Sequence record: PV472050.1
Direction: 5' to 3' (one strand)
DNA length: 64,000 bases
A model generated the notes under the pieces. That model ran no database searches. It was not told where the DNA came from and saw nothing but the letters and a program-made list of their open reading frames with translations. Positions within the stretch are counted from its first letter, which is position 1; each line of letters starts with the position of its first letter. This document shows positions 1-8,549 of this stretch, piece by piece. The position numbers and the translations under genes are program-made.

Positions 1-684
1 ACGAATACCCTCTCCGGGCGTATTTCGTCGTTGTACAACGTCCGAGGCGAAGCCTTGGGGTTCAACAAAGCAGTCCTGACCTTCAGCCTTAATAAGACCA
101 CTCAGAAATTCTCCAGTGTTACACCCTTTAACAACGGGGAAGGGATGTCCGCGGCGTGGTGTGTGCAGAACCACGCCATTCCTAACGCCGGGTTAATTAC
201 CCAACAGCAAGGCTACGTCTTTGAGGACACTGGCGGTGCAGGGTATGTAGGGAAGATCGGAACGAACACGTATCTGATTGGTTCCTGTTACCCGGAAGTG
301 GGTTGGACGATTTTCTTCCAAGAAGAAGTCGAGATGATGATCAACGGTACCGTGTACAAAATGCCCGGTGGGTCTATCGACTTGAGGAATGTGTCCTCGA
401 ATCCTCGTAACAAAACGTTCTACATCTATGCGACGGTTGAAGAGTCGGAAGGACGGTATATCGTCTCCGATGTTAAACTGCGGCGTTCCAGTGAGTTGCT
501 GCATGTCGCAACCGCCGTGACGAACACCAACCAGATTGCCAGTATTACCCGGCAGAAAGTCTTTACCATCGGTGAGTTCCTATTAAGTTACACACGGACG
601 GGAGGGATTATTCCGGTGAGTTCTGGTTTACCGCAGGATGAAGGTACGTTTAGCTTCTTGAAAGCCTCGGAACTTTTACCTTAA
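1..684 (+). CDS. 3' part of a tail-fibre/baseplate-associated protein (phiKZ gp131-like paralog family), truncated by the window edge
   Basis: The frame is open from base 1 (TNTLSGRISSLYNVRG...). The C-terminus (YIYATVE...LLSYTRTGGIIPVSSG) resembles that of 734-3604 (YCYLVRQ...VVSSTRRGTAIPTF). Confidence 0.6.
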   Translation, partial: TNTLSGRISSLYNVRGEALGFNKAVLTFSLNKTTQKFSSVTPFNNGEGMSAAWCVQNHAIPNAGLITQQQGYVFEDTGGAGYVGKIGTNTYLIGSCYPEVGWTIFFQEEVEMMINGTVYKMPGGSIDLRNVSSNPRNKTFYIYATVEESEGRYIVSDVKLRRSSELLHVATAVTNTNQIASITRQKVFTIGEFLLSYTRTGGIIPVSSGLPQDEGTFSFLKASELLP

Positions 685-689
685 GGTAA

Positions 690-710
690 AGGGGGAGGTT
701 AACTCCCCCT
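690..710 (+). terminator. Stem-loop after the tail-fibre gene
   Basis: agggggag-gttaa-ctccccct, immediately preceded by the 16-bp palindrome tttaccttaaggtaaa (675-690). Confidence 0.6.
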
Positions 711-733
711 GATCTTTTAAATGGAGTAGCTTT

Positions 734-3604
734 ATGATTATCCTTGGCGGGGAACCCCCTTTCATCGAAAACCCTGAACCCAGGTTCGGTGGAGTGATCT
801 CCAAGCTCAATGAGATGACCTACAAACTGGAAGCGTGTGTTCACAGCTACAATGAGGGGACTAAAGAAAAGATCCGGTTGTTCAACGCAAACCTGAATGA
901 TTTCATTAACCAAGCTATTGTCCCCATTGACGCCCACATCAATTCCCGTGGGGCAGTCCACGGTGAAACCAAACGGACGATTGGGTTGGGCCTTAAGGAC
1001 AACTACCGGACAGCTACCCTGGAGGAACAACAGTCGCTGGCGCCTGTGTTGGCGTACGTGACCCCTCACGGTGCTCGTGCTGCGGTTGTAACCCACAACG
1101 TCGGTTATAACGGTGCGGATTATCAACCCAATGACGTATTCCAATTCTCGTCGTTCTACAACCCGGATGAATACCCGGTGGTTGCTCCAACAGTGATTCA
1201 ACCCATTCGTTATTTTGGGTACTCCCTGAATGTCGGGATGATGATCAACAATGACCGTCTGGTGTTGTCTCCGGTTACCGATCCGTCTCGTTACCAACGG
1301 TACACCGCCTTCCTGTCCGGTTCTCTGGCGAACGCAGGGGGAACACAGTTCTCGGAGATTCAGAACCTCAACGCGTATTACACCGGACGGAATTGGAATG
1401 CGGTAGGAGGGTTTACCAGTTCGGGCAAAGTGGCCTTCTTTAAACCCCTGGCTGAGAAGAAGATCTACGAGTTCAAGAACACCCTCCCATTAACCCCCAG
1501 TAGTGCTAACTTCCTGCTGTATCAAGGGTATAGCACGGCGGTGTATAAAGGGCTGGGGGTTAGTTGGGACCGAGTCGGTACGGTTCTGACCCTAAAGCAC
1601 TATTTCTTCAACGTGAACTTCCTGGAAACCGATCCCACGTTGGTGGAGCAGGTGACTGCGTCGTACACCGCCCGGTTTACTCAAATCAATAAGGCACCGT
1701 ATACCGGACCGGCTAACGGGAGTCATTCGTACGACATTAATGACTTTGTGACCCTGAGTGCAGGTCAGACCCTGGAAATGAACGGAGGACTGCAACCCAC
1801 CACTGCCCTCTTCTGGAACATTCAAGACCGGGAAATCTACCTCTTTGTCGTTATTCCGGTGAATGTGGTCCAAGGGGGTATTCGTCGACCGTATAACCTC
1901 TCCTTCGTGGAATCCATTGTCCCGGGTACCTTGGAGAATGGAGGGACGGCAACCTTTACCCAACTGGGTAATTTAGCCAAGGACATTATTCAACCGAATA
2001 TGCTACCCACTGCCGACGCTAAATGGTTGCGGTACGCGAACACCTGGGATTTCAATAATCCGACCTGGTATCCCGGGATCGTTCTGAAGTCAGGGGAAGT
2101 GGTTAAAGCGGTCGCCACGAAGAATGGTCTACGGGTTAAGCGATTTACCACACCCCATAAAGGCTTGAGGGAATGGGTGTTGGGAGAACGGGCTGAAGTG
2201 GGGATGGATGAAGTTCGTACAGAGTTTTATCCTCCGTCACGCCATAGTCCTTTTGGGCCGGTTCCTGATCGCTTATTCCCCATTGAACACACCGCTGGTA
2301 CCACGCGGTATCTGGCTTATTCCGTTGACAGTGAAACTGGGTTGTATGAGTGGAGTGAGTTGACCTGGTCGAATACCTCCATTGTGGGTGTAACCACGGG
2401 GAATAAGTTCGGTATTGTTCCAGCGGATGTTGGGATTATTAATAGGGAGTTGACCCGTATCCCTAGAGCTATGGCGTCGTTTGCTAGCCTGCTGGTGGAT
2501 GGAGTCAGTATCAACGCCCTGTGTTTCACACCGGATAACCAGTATACCGGGTATGCTTCAATCGCCCTGGCGAATGGACGAGTCCAGTTGGGCGCTGAGG
2601 TCAAACTCTCCCCAACCAGCTTGATTACCCTGCAAGCCGCCAGTGGGGGTATTCTGGCTCGTGCAGCCATCGCGAACCCTCAAGTCAACAACGCCCTCAG
2701 GGAAAGTGTAATCAACGTCTTTGCTGTCGCAGATAACTTCGCGTTGGTGGTGATTACCGATGGGATGTGTTACGCAGAGGCTGCTGTGGTTCCGTATACG
2801 GTGAGTGGTGGGGTCTTTAGGCTGAACTTCCCCTCCGCTACGGGCTTCGTTACTAAACCGGTTACCCCAGCCGGTATGGTCGTACCGGGCACGTACCGCT
2901 ATTCCCATTCCGGTGATAACCCGTGGATGACCTACGTGGATGTCCAAGTGATTGAAACCCAACGGTATGAATGGGCGGTTGTGGTCAGTCGACCCTTTGG
3001 GGACCTCTACGGGGATATCAGTTTCAAAATCACGGATTACCCGTTTACACCCACCTACACCGTAGGACGGGTCAATCCAGCGAAACTGTACACGGCGTCA
3101 TCACCCTTTGATACGGTGAACGAAGTTCACCCGCCTGTCTTGATCCCTCGGAAGGGAATCTACCAGTACGACCCTGCTAACACCGGCTACTCTACGAATC
3201 TGTTGGAGGTCGGCGGAGCGGGGGTGGTGGATCCGTACGACGTAAATGAAAGCGGCTGGGTGAGTATCCCTGCTCGATCCAGGGTGGTTATAAGGGGTCG
3301 TGCGTATATCCTGGATAAGGAATACCCCATTAAGGTCAACCCTACCGGAACGACGTACTGTTATTTGGTACGCCAAGGGGATGCGTTGGTAGGGTTGGGG
3401 TCTCCCGTACGCCGAGAGGTCAATAACTCGGAAGTCCTCTTTGGGATTGCAACGAACGGGATTCTTACCATCGATCATTCGTACATCGTGATGGGTGGTC
3501 ATGTGGTGAGTTCTACCCGTCGGGGTACGGCTATTCCCACCTTTGTGGATGACGGGAACTTGGGGGTGAACACCTTCTTTACCCGACGTGACATCATTGA
3601 TTAA
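734..3604 (+). CDS. Tail-fibre/baseplate-associated virion protein, 956 aa (gp131-like family)
   Basis: Long beta-rich ORF with RBS ggag. It has an N-terminal H..S.GAVHGET segment and a C-terminal domain shared with the upstream paralog. Confidence 0.65.
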   Translation: MIILGGEPPFIENPEPRFGGVISKLNEMTYKLEACVHSYNEGTKEKIRLFNANLNDFINQAIVPIDAHINSRGAVHGETKRTIGLGLKDNYRTATLEEQQSLAPVLAYVTPHGARAAVVTHNVGYNGADYQPNDVFQFSSFYNPDEYPVVAPTVIQPIRYFGYSLNVGMMINNDRLVLSPVTDPSRYQRYTAFLSGSLANAGGTQFSEIQNLNAYYTGRNWNAVGGFTSSGKVAFFKPLAEKKIYEFKNTLPLTPSSANFLLYQGYSTAVYKGLGVSWDRVGTVLTLKHYFFNVNFLETDPTLVEQVTASYTARFTQINKAPYTGPANGSHSYDINDFVTLSAGQTLEMNGGLQPTTALFWNIQDREIYLFVVIPVNVVQGGIRRPYNLSFVESIVPGTLENGGTATFTQLGNLAKDIIQPNMLPTADAKWLRYANTWDFNNPTWYPGIVLKSGEVVKAVATKNGLRVKRFTTPHKGLREWVLGERAEVGMDEVRTEFYPPSRHSPFGPVPDRLFPIEHTAGTTRYLAYSVDSETGLYEWSELTWSNTSIVGVTTGNKFGIVPADVGIINRELTRIPRAMASFASLLVDGVSINALCFTPDNQYTGYASIALANGRVQLGAEVKLSPTSLITLQAASGGILARAAIANPQVNNALRESVINVFAVADNFALVVITDGMCYAEAAVVPYTVSGGVFRLNFPSATGFVTKPVTPAGMVVPGTYRYSHSGDNPWMTYVDVQVIETQRYEWAVVVSRPFGDLYGDISFKITDYPFTPTYTVGRVNPAKLYTASSPFDTVNEVHPPVLIPRKGIYQYDPANTGYSTNLLEVGGAGVVDPYDVNESGWVSIPARSRVVIRGRAYILDKEYPIKVNPTGTTYCYLVRQGDALVGLGSPVRREVNNSEVLFGIATNGILTIDHSYIVMGGHVVSSTRRGTAIPTFVDDGNLGVNTFFTRRDIID

Positions 3605-3617
3605 CCCTTAATGACTC

Positions 3618-3647
3618 CCCCTACCTCCCCGTTAAGGGAGGTAGGGG
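3618..3647. terminator. Hairpin between convergent genes
   Basis: 12-bp stem cccctacctccc / gggaggtagggg with a 6-nt loop. Confidence 0.7.
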
Positions 3648-3659
3648 AGGTCCAGTGGA

Positions 3660-4667
3660 TTAAGCCACGGGTGGCGAGGTGGTTCCATTGCCCGGGTCTA
3701 CACCTCCGTGAATATGGAGGTTCAGAGACACTCTCACGGTTCTCACATCGGTTTGTCCAATAACAAGACCTGTACTCACACTGTTACCGGTACGGGTGGT
3801 ATTCCCGTTTTGGGTATAATTACCCTCTTGAGTATAGTTCCCTTCTTGTTCGGTATTGCCCGTATGGGTAATGTTCCCTTCCCAGTTCGTCTGACCAATG
3901 GCGATGTTCGCCAAATTGGCTTTCATGTTAATGGTGTCGGACTGAAGGTTAAAGGTCTTCGTTAAGACATTGATTTCCTTCTCTGCATGAAAGCTAATAC
4001 TGTCTTTGGTGTAAAAGGCCATCTTCTCCTTATTGACAGCAATGGTGGACCCTTCCTTGTTGGTATAGGTGAACTGATGTTTGTAATCATCGAAACTGAA
4101 GATACTCCCATCGGTTCCTCGAATATCGATGCGGCCTTCTTTGGCATTGACTTGGATATCAAAGCCCGACCGTTCCCCATTGGACTGAGAGGTCCGTAGT
4201 CCCACTAACCCGTCGTGGGTACTGACCCTGGCTGTATAGAAGTTATCCGGGTTAAAGGCCACGTCCTGAGCCAATCCAGGGTTAGCCCCCCAGCCCCACA
4301 AAACCGTCTCTAAGCGGAAACGATCCGTGTTGTCTCCAAAGATGTCCCAGTAATACTGGTTCTGACCTGTGATTTGAAACACCCACACCTTAGCCCCTTC
4401 CCGGACATCCGGTGAGGTAAGTCGGTTCCCATTCCCAATGGATCGCCAGACCGCTGGTACGGTGTTTGACACCAGGGTTTTACTGGTAATCATCTCCCCT
4501 TCTTTATTCTGGCTGGTTTCTTCCTTCTGTTCTGTTTTAGCCAGGGTTCTCCCATCGGCGGTAGGAGAATGCAATGGAAGGTGGATCATTGCTTCGTGGG
4601 TATTGGTGTCCTTCGTGGCGGCAACCGTCCCTACACCCAACCATTTAACCACGTTCACTAAACTCAT
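3660..4667 (-). CDS. Baseplate central spike protein (P2 gpV / phi92 gp138-like)
   Basis: Beta-helix repeats (GNITHTGNTEQEGNYTQEGNYTQNGNTTRTG) and a terminal HxH apex motif, SLNLHIHGGVDPGNGTTSPP. Confidence 0.8.
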   Translation of the reverse strand: MSLVNVVKWLGVGTVAATKDTNTHEAMIHLPLHSPTADGRTLAKTEQKEETSQNKEGEMITSKTLVSNTVPAVWRSIGNGNRLTSPDVREGAKVWVFQITGQNQYYWDIFGDNTDRFRLETVLWGWGANPGLAQDVAFNPDNFYTARVSTHDGLVGLRTSQSNGERSGFDIQVNAKEGRIDIRGTDGSIFSFDDYKHQFTYTNKEGSTIAVNKEKMAFYTKDSISFHAEKEINVLTKTFNLQSDTINMKANLANIAIGQTNWEGNITHTGNTEQEGNYTQEGNYTQNGNTTRTGNSVSTGLVIGQTDVRTVRVSLNLHIHGGVDPGNGTTSPPVA

Positions 4668-4717
4668 ACTCGCGTCCTCATTATCTAGAGACTCACTTCA
4701 CTTAAAGAATTCATACC

Positions 4718-7186
4718 ATGTTTATATTAACTAAATTGATCCTAGAGAATTACATTCCTCTGTTAAGCAGCGGAATCAAACGGGTAGAATTGGATCTGAA
4801 TCATTTGGTTAACCTGTTGATCGCTCAGAACGGTGTCGGGAAAACCAGTATCCTTCGAGAAGCCAATCCCCTGGCTCCTGAGAATGCCAACTACCGCGGT
4901 ATTGGACGCAAGTACGTGGAGATTAAACGGGGATTGGACCATTTCGTTTTGGATTCTAAAACAGACTTAGGCAATGGTCACAGTTTCAAGTTTAACGGGA
5001 AAGAGTTAAACAAGAATGGAACCTTTACGGAACAGAAGGACTTGGTATGGATCCATTTCCGGTTAGACAGTACTATCAGCCGTATTCTGTCCGGGCTTAA
5101 ACCCAACAGTCTGTTTTCAGCGATGCCAGTGGCTCAACGTAAAGACTTCTTTATGTTCATCTACCCGAATGACACGAGTTACGCCTTAGGGGTCTTTAAC
5201 AAGCTTAAGACAGAACGTCGTGAACTGGCGGCTGCAATTAAGAACCAAGTCATGCGGTATACAGAAGAGAGTGCTAAACTCAAGCAGATCACCGAATGTG
5301 GTCCGGAAGAGCTGGAACGTCGAGTTAAGACGATTGAGACTGAACTGAGGGAGTCCTTGTTGGTACGAGGGGGTTTGGAGCAGGTGAAAGTAGACCCTGA
5401 GCTCCAAAGTAAGATTGATACCTTCAAACGTCTGGCTGAGCAGATGACATTGAACCGAGTCAGTGGGTTCTTTGAGACCGAGGCTGAACTCAGACAGGGA
5501 ATCGAAACAGTTCAAGCTATCTTGAGTGTTCACGAAGGCCAAGCCACTGCCATTCAAATGGTTATCAGTGAGCACGTAGGGGTTTTGGAAGGAATGGAGG
5601 AGATCAAAGAAGATCCCTTTGTCTTCCATCATCAAGCGGAACAACTCAAGGTGGAACTCACTGCTCTCCGGGAAGAATACAAACAACATGGGGTGCTATT
5701 GGGTAATTACCCTTTGTTCAACGATGACGCCTATGACTTTACCGGTTTGGAATTGGTGTACGAGGCCTTGGTGGCTCAATTGCGTCGGGTGGTGAATGCC
5801 AGTACTCCTGAGTTAACCGGAGGGCGGTATAAAGAGTATACCGTCAAACTGGAGCAAACCCGTAATCAACTGAGGGCCTCTAAGAATGAGCTGGACACTC
5901 TCACCCACCAGTTGAAACATTATGATGCCATGGAACTGGTGACTTGTCCGGAATGTACCCATGAATTCAAGGTCGGGATTACCGCGAATGAACTGCGTGC
6001 AGCACGGGTTAAAGCGGAAGCCCTTAAGTTGAGTGTGACTAAACTGGAGCGGGATGTTGAAACCCTGGAAAGATTAGTCGAACAGGACAGTGAGTGGTAC
6101 CACAGCATGTTAGCCCTACATCAGTTCTGCCGGATGAATGGTGATGTTAAGTGCCTTCCTGAACTGATTAAAGCATACGACATGGGTAAGTCGGATACCA
6201 ACATCCTTTTAAACGCCCTCAGGGCCTTCATGGGGCGTTTTAACTGTAAGAGACGTATCGATGCCCTACTGGAAGAAGAAAAGCTCTTAAACACGCGTAT
6301 AGGGCTGTTACAGAAGGATTCGGTATTAGACATCGCTACCTACTTAAAGAGTCTGGAACACGACCTGGAAGTGGAGAACAGTCGTATTGGTTTCTACCGT
6401 CGGCGTGTTGAACAGCTTATAAGGAACCTAAAGACCATCCACACCTACACCCGAGACCTGGAGACCCTCCGCTGTCTTAAAGACGAGATCTTCAAAGGGT
6501 TGGAACAGCAAGGGTTGGTGGAACTGCGTAAACGGGTTGATGAACGGATTCATTTGCTAACGGATGAGAAGGATGAATACCTCGCCTCCATTATCAAAAG
6601 CCGTTCGTTGAGTGCGGTTGTCGCGTCTATTTCGGAAGACATTGATCGTTTAAAACGCCGTCTGAAGATTGTGGATGGGTTAATGAACGGTCTGTGTCCG
6701 AATAAGGGGTTGATCGGTAAGCTGATGACGGATTTCATCAAGACCTATTGTGCCAATATGAATGCGGTGATTCAATCAGTGTGGAACACCACCCTGTTTG
6801 TTAAACCCTGCCATAAGGACAACGGGGATTTGAACTGGAAGTTCCCGGTGGTTACCGGTGATGATGAGCCCACGCCAGATGTCAGTGATTGCAGTTTGGG
6901 TGAAGCAGGTATCATTGACTTTGCGTTCCGTTATGTCGCCATTCGCTACCACGGCAACTTCCCCCTGATGCTGGATGAGGTGGGTACCACCTTCGATGAA
7001 ATCAAACGCGGTCGTTTCTTCAATTTCATTCACGAGTTAACCACCCAGAAGGACGCTAAACAACTCTTCATGATTAGCCATTACATTACTCAATACGGAA
7101 TGTTCACCAACCCGAATGTAATTGCGATGTGTTATGAAGGGTTGAGTTTACCGGGTGAAGTCAATCAACACAGTGTTATCAATTAA
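4718..7186 (+). CDS. sbcC: SbcC/Rad50-like SMC ATPase
   Basis: Walker A QNGVGKTS, long coiled coils with a central CPEC zinc hook, signature SLGE, Walker B LMLDE and H-loop ISH. Confidence 0.9.
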   Translation: MFILTKLILENYIPLLSSGIKRVELDLNHLVNLLIAQNGVGKTSILREANPLAPENANYRGIGRKYVEIKRGLDHFVLDSKTDLGNGHSFKFNGKELNKNGTFTEQKDLVWIHFRLDSTISRILSGLKPNSLFSAMPVAQRKDFFMFIYPNDTSYALGVFNKLKTERRELAAAIKNQVMRYTEESAKLKQITECGPEELERRVKTIETELRESLLVRGGLEQVKVDPELQSKIDTFKRLAEQMTLNRVSGFFETEAELRQGIETVQAILSVHEGQATAIQMVISEHVGVLEGMEEIKEDPFVFHHQAEQLKVELTALREEYKQHGVLLGNYPLFNDDAYDFTGLELVYEALVAQLRRVVNASTPELTGGRYKEYTVKLEQTRNQLRASKNELDTLTHQLKHYDAMELVTCPECTHEFKVGITANELRAARVKAEALKLSVTKLERDVETLERLVEQDSEWYHSMLALHQFCRMNGDVKCLPELIKAYDMGKSDTNILLNALRAFMGRFNCKRRIDALLEEEKLLNTRIGLLQKDSVLDIATYLKSLEHDLEVENSRIGFYRRRVEQLIRNLKTIHTYTRDLETLRCLKDEIFKGLEQQGLVELRKRVDERIHLLTDEKDEYLASIIKSRSLSAVVASISEDIDRLKRRLKIVDGLMNGLCPNKGLIGKLMTDFIKTYCANMNAVIQSVWNTTLFVKPCHKDNGDLNWKFPVVTGDDEPTPDVSDCSLGEAGIIDFAFRYVAIRYHGNFPLMLDEVGTTFDEIKRGRFFNFIHELTTQKDAKQLFMISHYITQYGMFTNPNVIAMCYEGLSLPGEVNQHSVIN

Positions 7187-7190
7187 TTTT

Positions 7191-7210
7191 AAACCTACAT
7201 TATTCATTTG
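7191..7210 (+). promoter_or_regulatory. Phage (early-type) promoter motif, copy 1
   Basis: aaacctacattattcatttg; matches the 10-copy consensus CTAYATHAY-N5-TG. Confidence 0.75.
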
Positions 7211-7225
7211 CAAGGAATACCTCTA

Positions 7226-7519
7226 ATGAACGTTCAACTCCCACGATCGGTTACCCTGGATGCCTATCTTCAACCGGACGGTACACTTATGCTGGGGCCG
7301 GGTCAGGCTAAAGTAACCATTAACTACCATTCGGATCCTCAAGAATCCATTAATGCGTGCATTGTCTTTGGAGGGGCGATGCAAGCGATTGTGACTTTTG
7401 ATGAAACCGGTCAGACCCCTGTGAGTTATACGCTGTTGAATCCGGGGGGCGATTACACCGTTGAGCAGTCGGTTCTTAACATTCTGTCCTATTTCGGAGT
7501 CAGTGCTCCGATGAGCTAG
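7226..7519 (+). CDS. Hypothetical protein (97 aa)
   Basis: ATG at 7226 after aagga, directly downstream of the promoter motif. Confidence 0.7.
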   Translation: MNVQLPRSVTLDAYLQPDGTLMLGPGQAKVTINYHSDPQESINACIVFGGAMQAIVTFDETGQTPVSYTLLNPGGDYTVEQSVLNILSYFGVSAPMS

Positions 7520-7531
7520 GAGTCATGAGTC

Positions 7532-7972
7532 ATGAACAAAGCTGAAGTGATAGAACGGTATCGCGAACTGGTCGAAGACCTCGCCCTCCCGCCGCATCAG
7601 GTGATCCTGTCGGCGGGTGCCGCCTTGGTGGTAATGGGCATCCGAGAGGAAACAAGCGACCTCGATGTGGATGTCCCTACCAGTGTGTTCAACTGGGCGA
7701 GTAATAAGTTCGGGGTTATCGAGAACGAAACCGTGAATAAACGGGTTCAATACACCCCCCTGGTCGATCTCCATGAATACGACGAGAACACAGGGGTGGT
7801 TTGTATTGAGGGGGTGTGGTTGTACAGCCCTACGGAGTTACTGAAACAGAAACACTGGTTCACGAAACTGGCTGATCGAACGGACGTTAAGACCCAACAG
7901 GATCACCGTGATATCCGCCAACTGGAAACGCTCACTCAGTCTCAACCATTCACTGCACGCGCATTGTTGTAA
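7532..7972 (+). CDS. Minimal nucleotidyltransferase (Pol beta-like superfamily), intact DxD
   Basis: ILSAGAALVVMGIREETSDLDVDV motif and a C-terminal K...R...QDHRDI helix. RBS ggag. Confidence 0.75.
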   Translation: MNKAEVIERYRELVEDLALPPHQVILSAGAALVVMGIREETSDLDVDVPTSVFNWASNKFGVIENETVNKRVQYTPLVDLHEYDENTGVVCIEGVWLYSPTELLKQKHWFTKLADRTDVKTQQDHRDIRQLETLTQSQPFTARALL

Positions 7973-7986
7973 GGTTAGGTTACGGT

Positions 7987-8481
7987 ATGTTTTACAGTCA
8001 ATTGGAAGTGGTAGAAGCCGTTCAACGGTTCTCTGAGGCTCATAACACCCCATTGGATAAGATCGCTATTGGCGGAGGTGGGGCTATCATGCTCATGGGG
8101 GGTCGTGAAACCACCTATGATTTGAACATTTGGGTGGACAGTCCGTTCTTTGAACGCATTGCTGAAACCCAGAACGCTCTCCTCAGTCCTATGAGAGACA
8201 ACGTGTTCCGCATTGAAACGACTATTGATTCCATGGATCAAACCGATCACGTCACCACACGCCGCCATTACTGGGTGCGTAAACGTAACCTCTATTTCCC
8301 CACCGTTCCTGTTAAGCTGGATCAATGTCCTGAAGTCTACATCTTCGATTCGATGTCACTGTTGATTCAGAAACGTGGTAGCTACAGTCGCCCTGAACGA
8401 GGACTCCGTCGTAAACAGGATTACAGCGACATCTGTTTCTTGAATGCGTTGCTAAAGGAAGAACACAAAGTCAGGGCTTAA
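7987..8481 (+). CDS. Second nucleotidyltransferase-like paralog with degenerate DxN
   Basis: IAIGGGGAIMLMGGRETTYDLNIWV and C-terminal LLIQK...RRKQDYSDI. Confidence 0.7.
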   Translation: MFYSQLEVVEAVQRFSEAHNTPLDKIAIGGGGAIMLMGGRETTYDLNIWVDSPFFERIAETQNALLSPMRDNVFRIETTIDSMDQTDHVTTRRHYWVRKRNLYFPTVPVKLDQCPEVYIFDSMSLLIQKRGSYSRPERGLRRKQDYSDICFLNALLKEEHKVRA

Positions 8482-8491
8482 CCTTAGGACA

Positions 8492-8517
8492 GTACCAGGG
8501 GATCACTCCCCTGGTAC
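8492..8517. terminator. Intergenic hairpin
   Basis: gtaccagggga-tcac-tcccctggtac. Confidence 0.6.
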
Positions 8518-8549
8518 GTCTTCCTCTTTATACGGTTTAGGAGATCACA

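Noticed and set aside
31-684. Track start at 31 (TTG)
   Set aside because: The frame is open back to base 1, so the gene starts outside the window.
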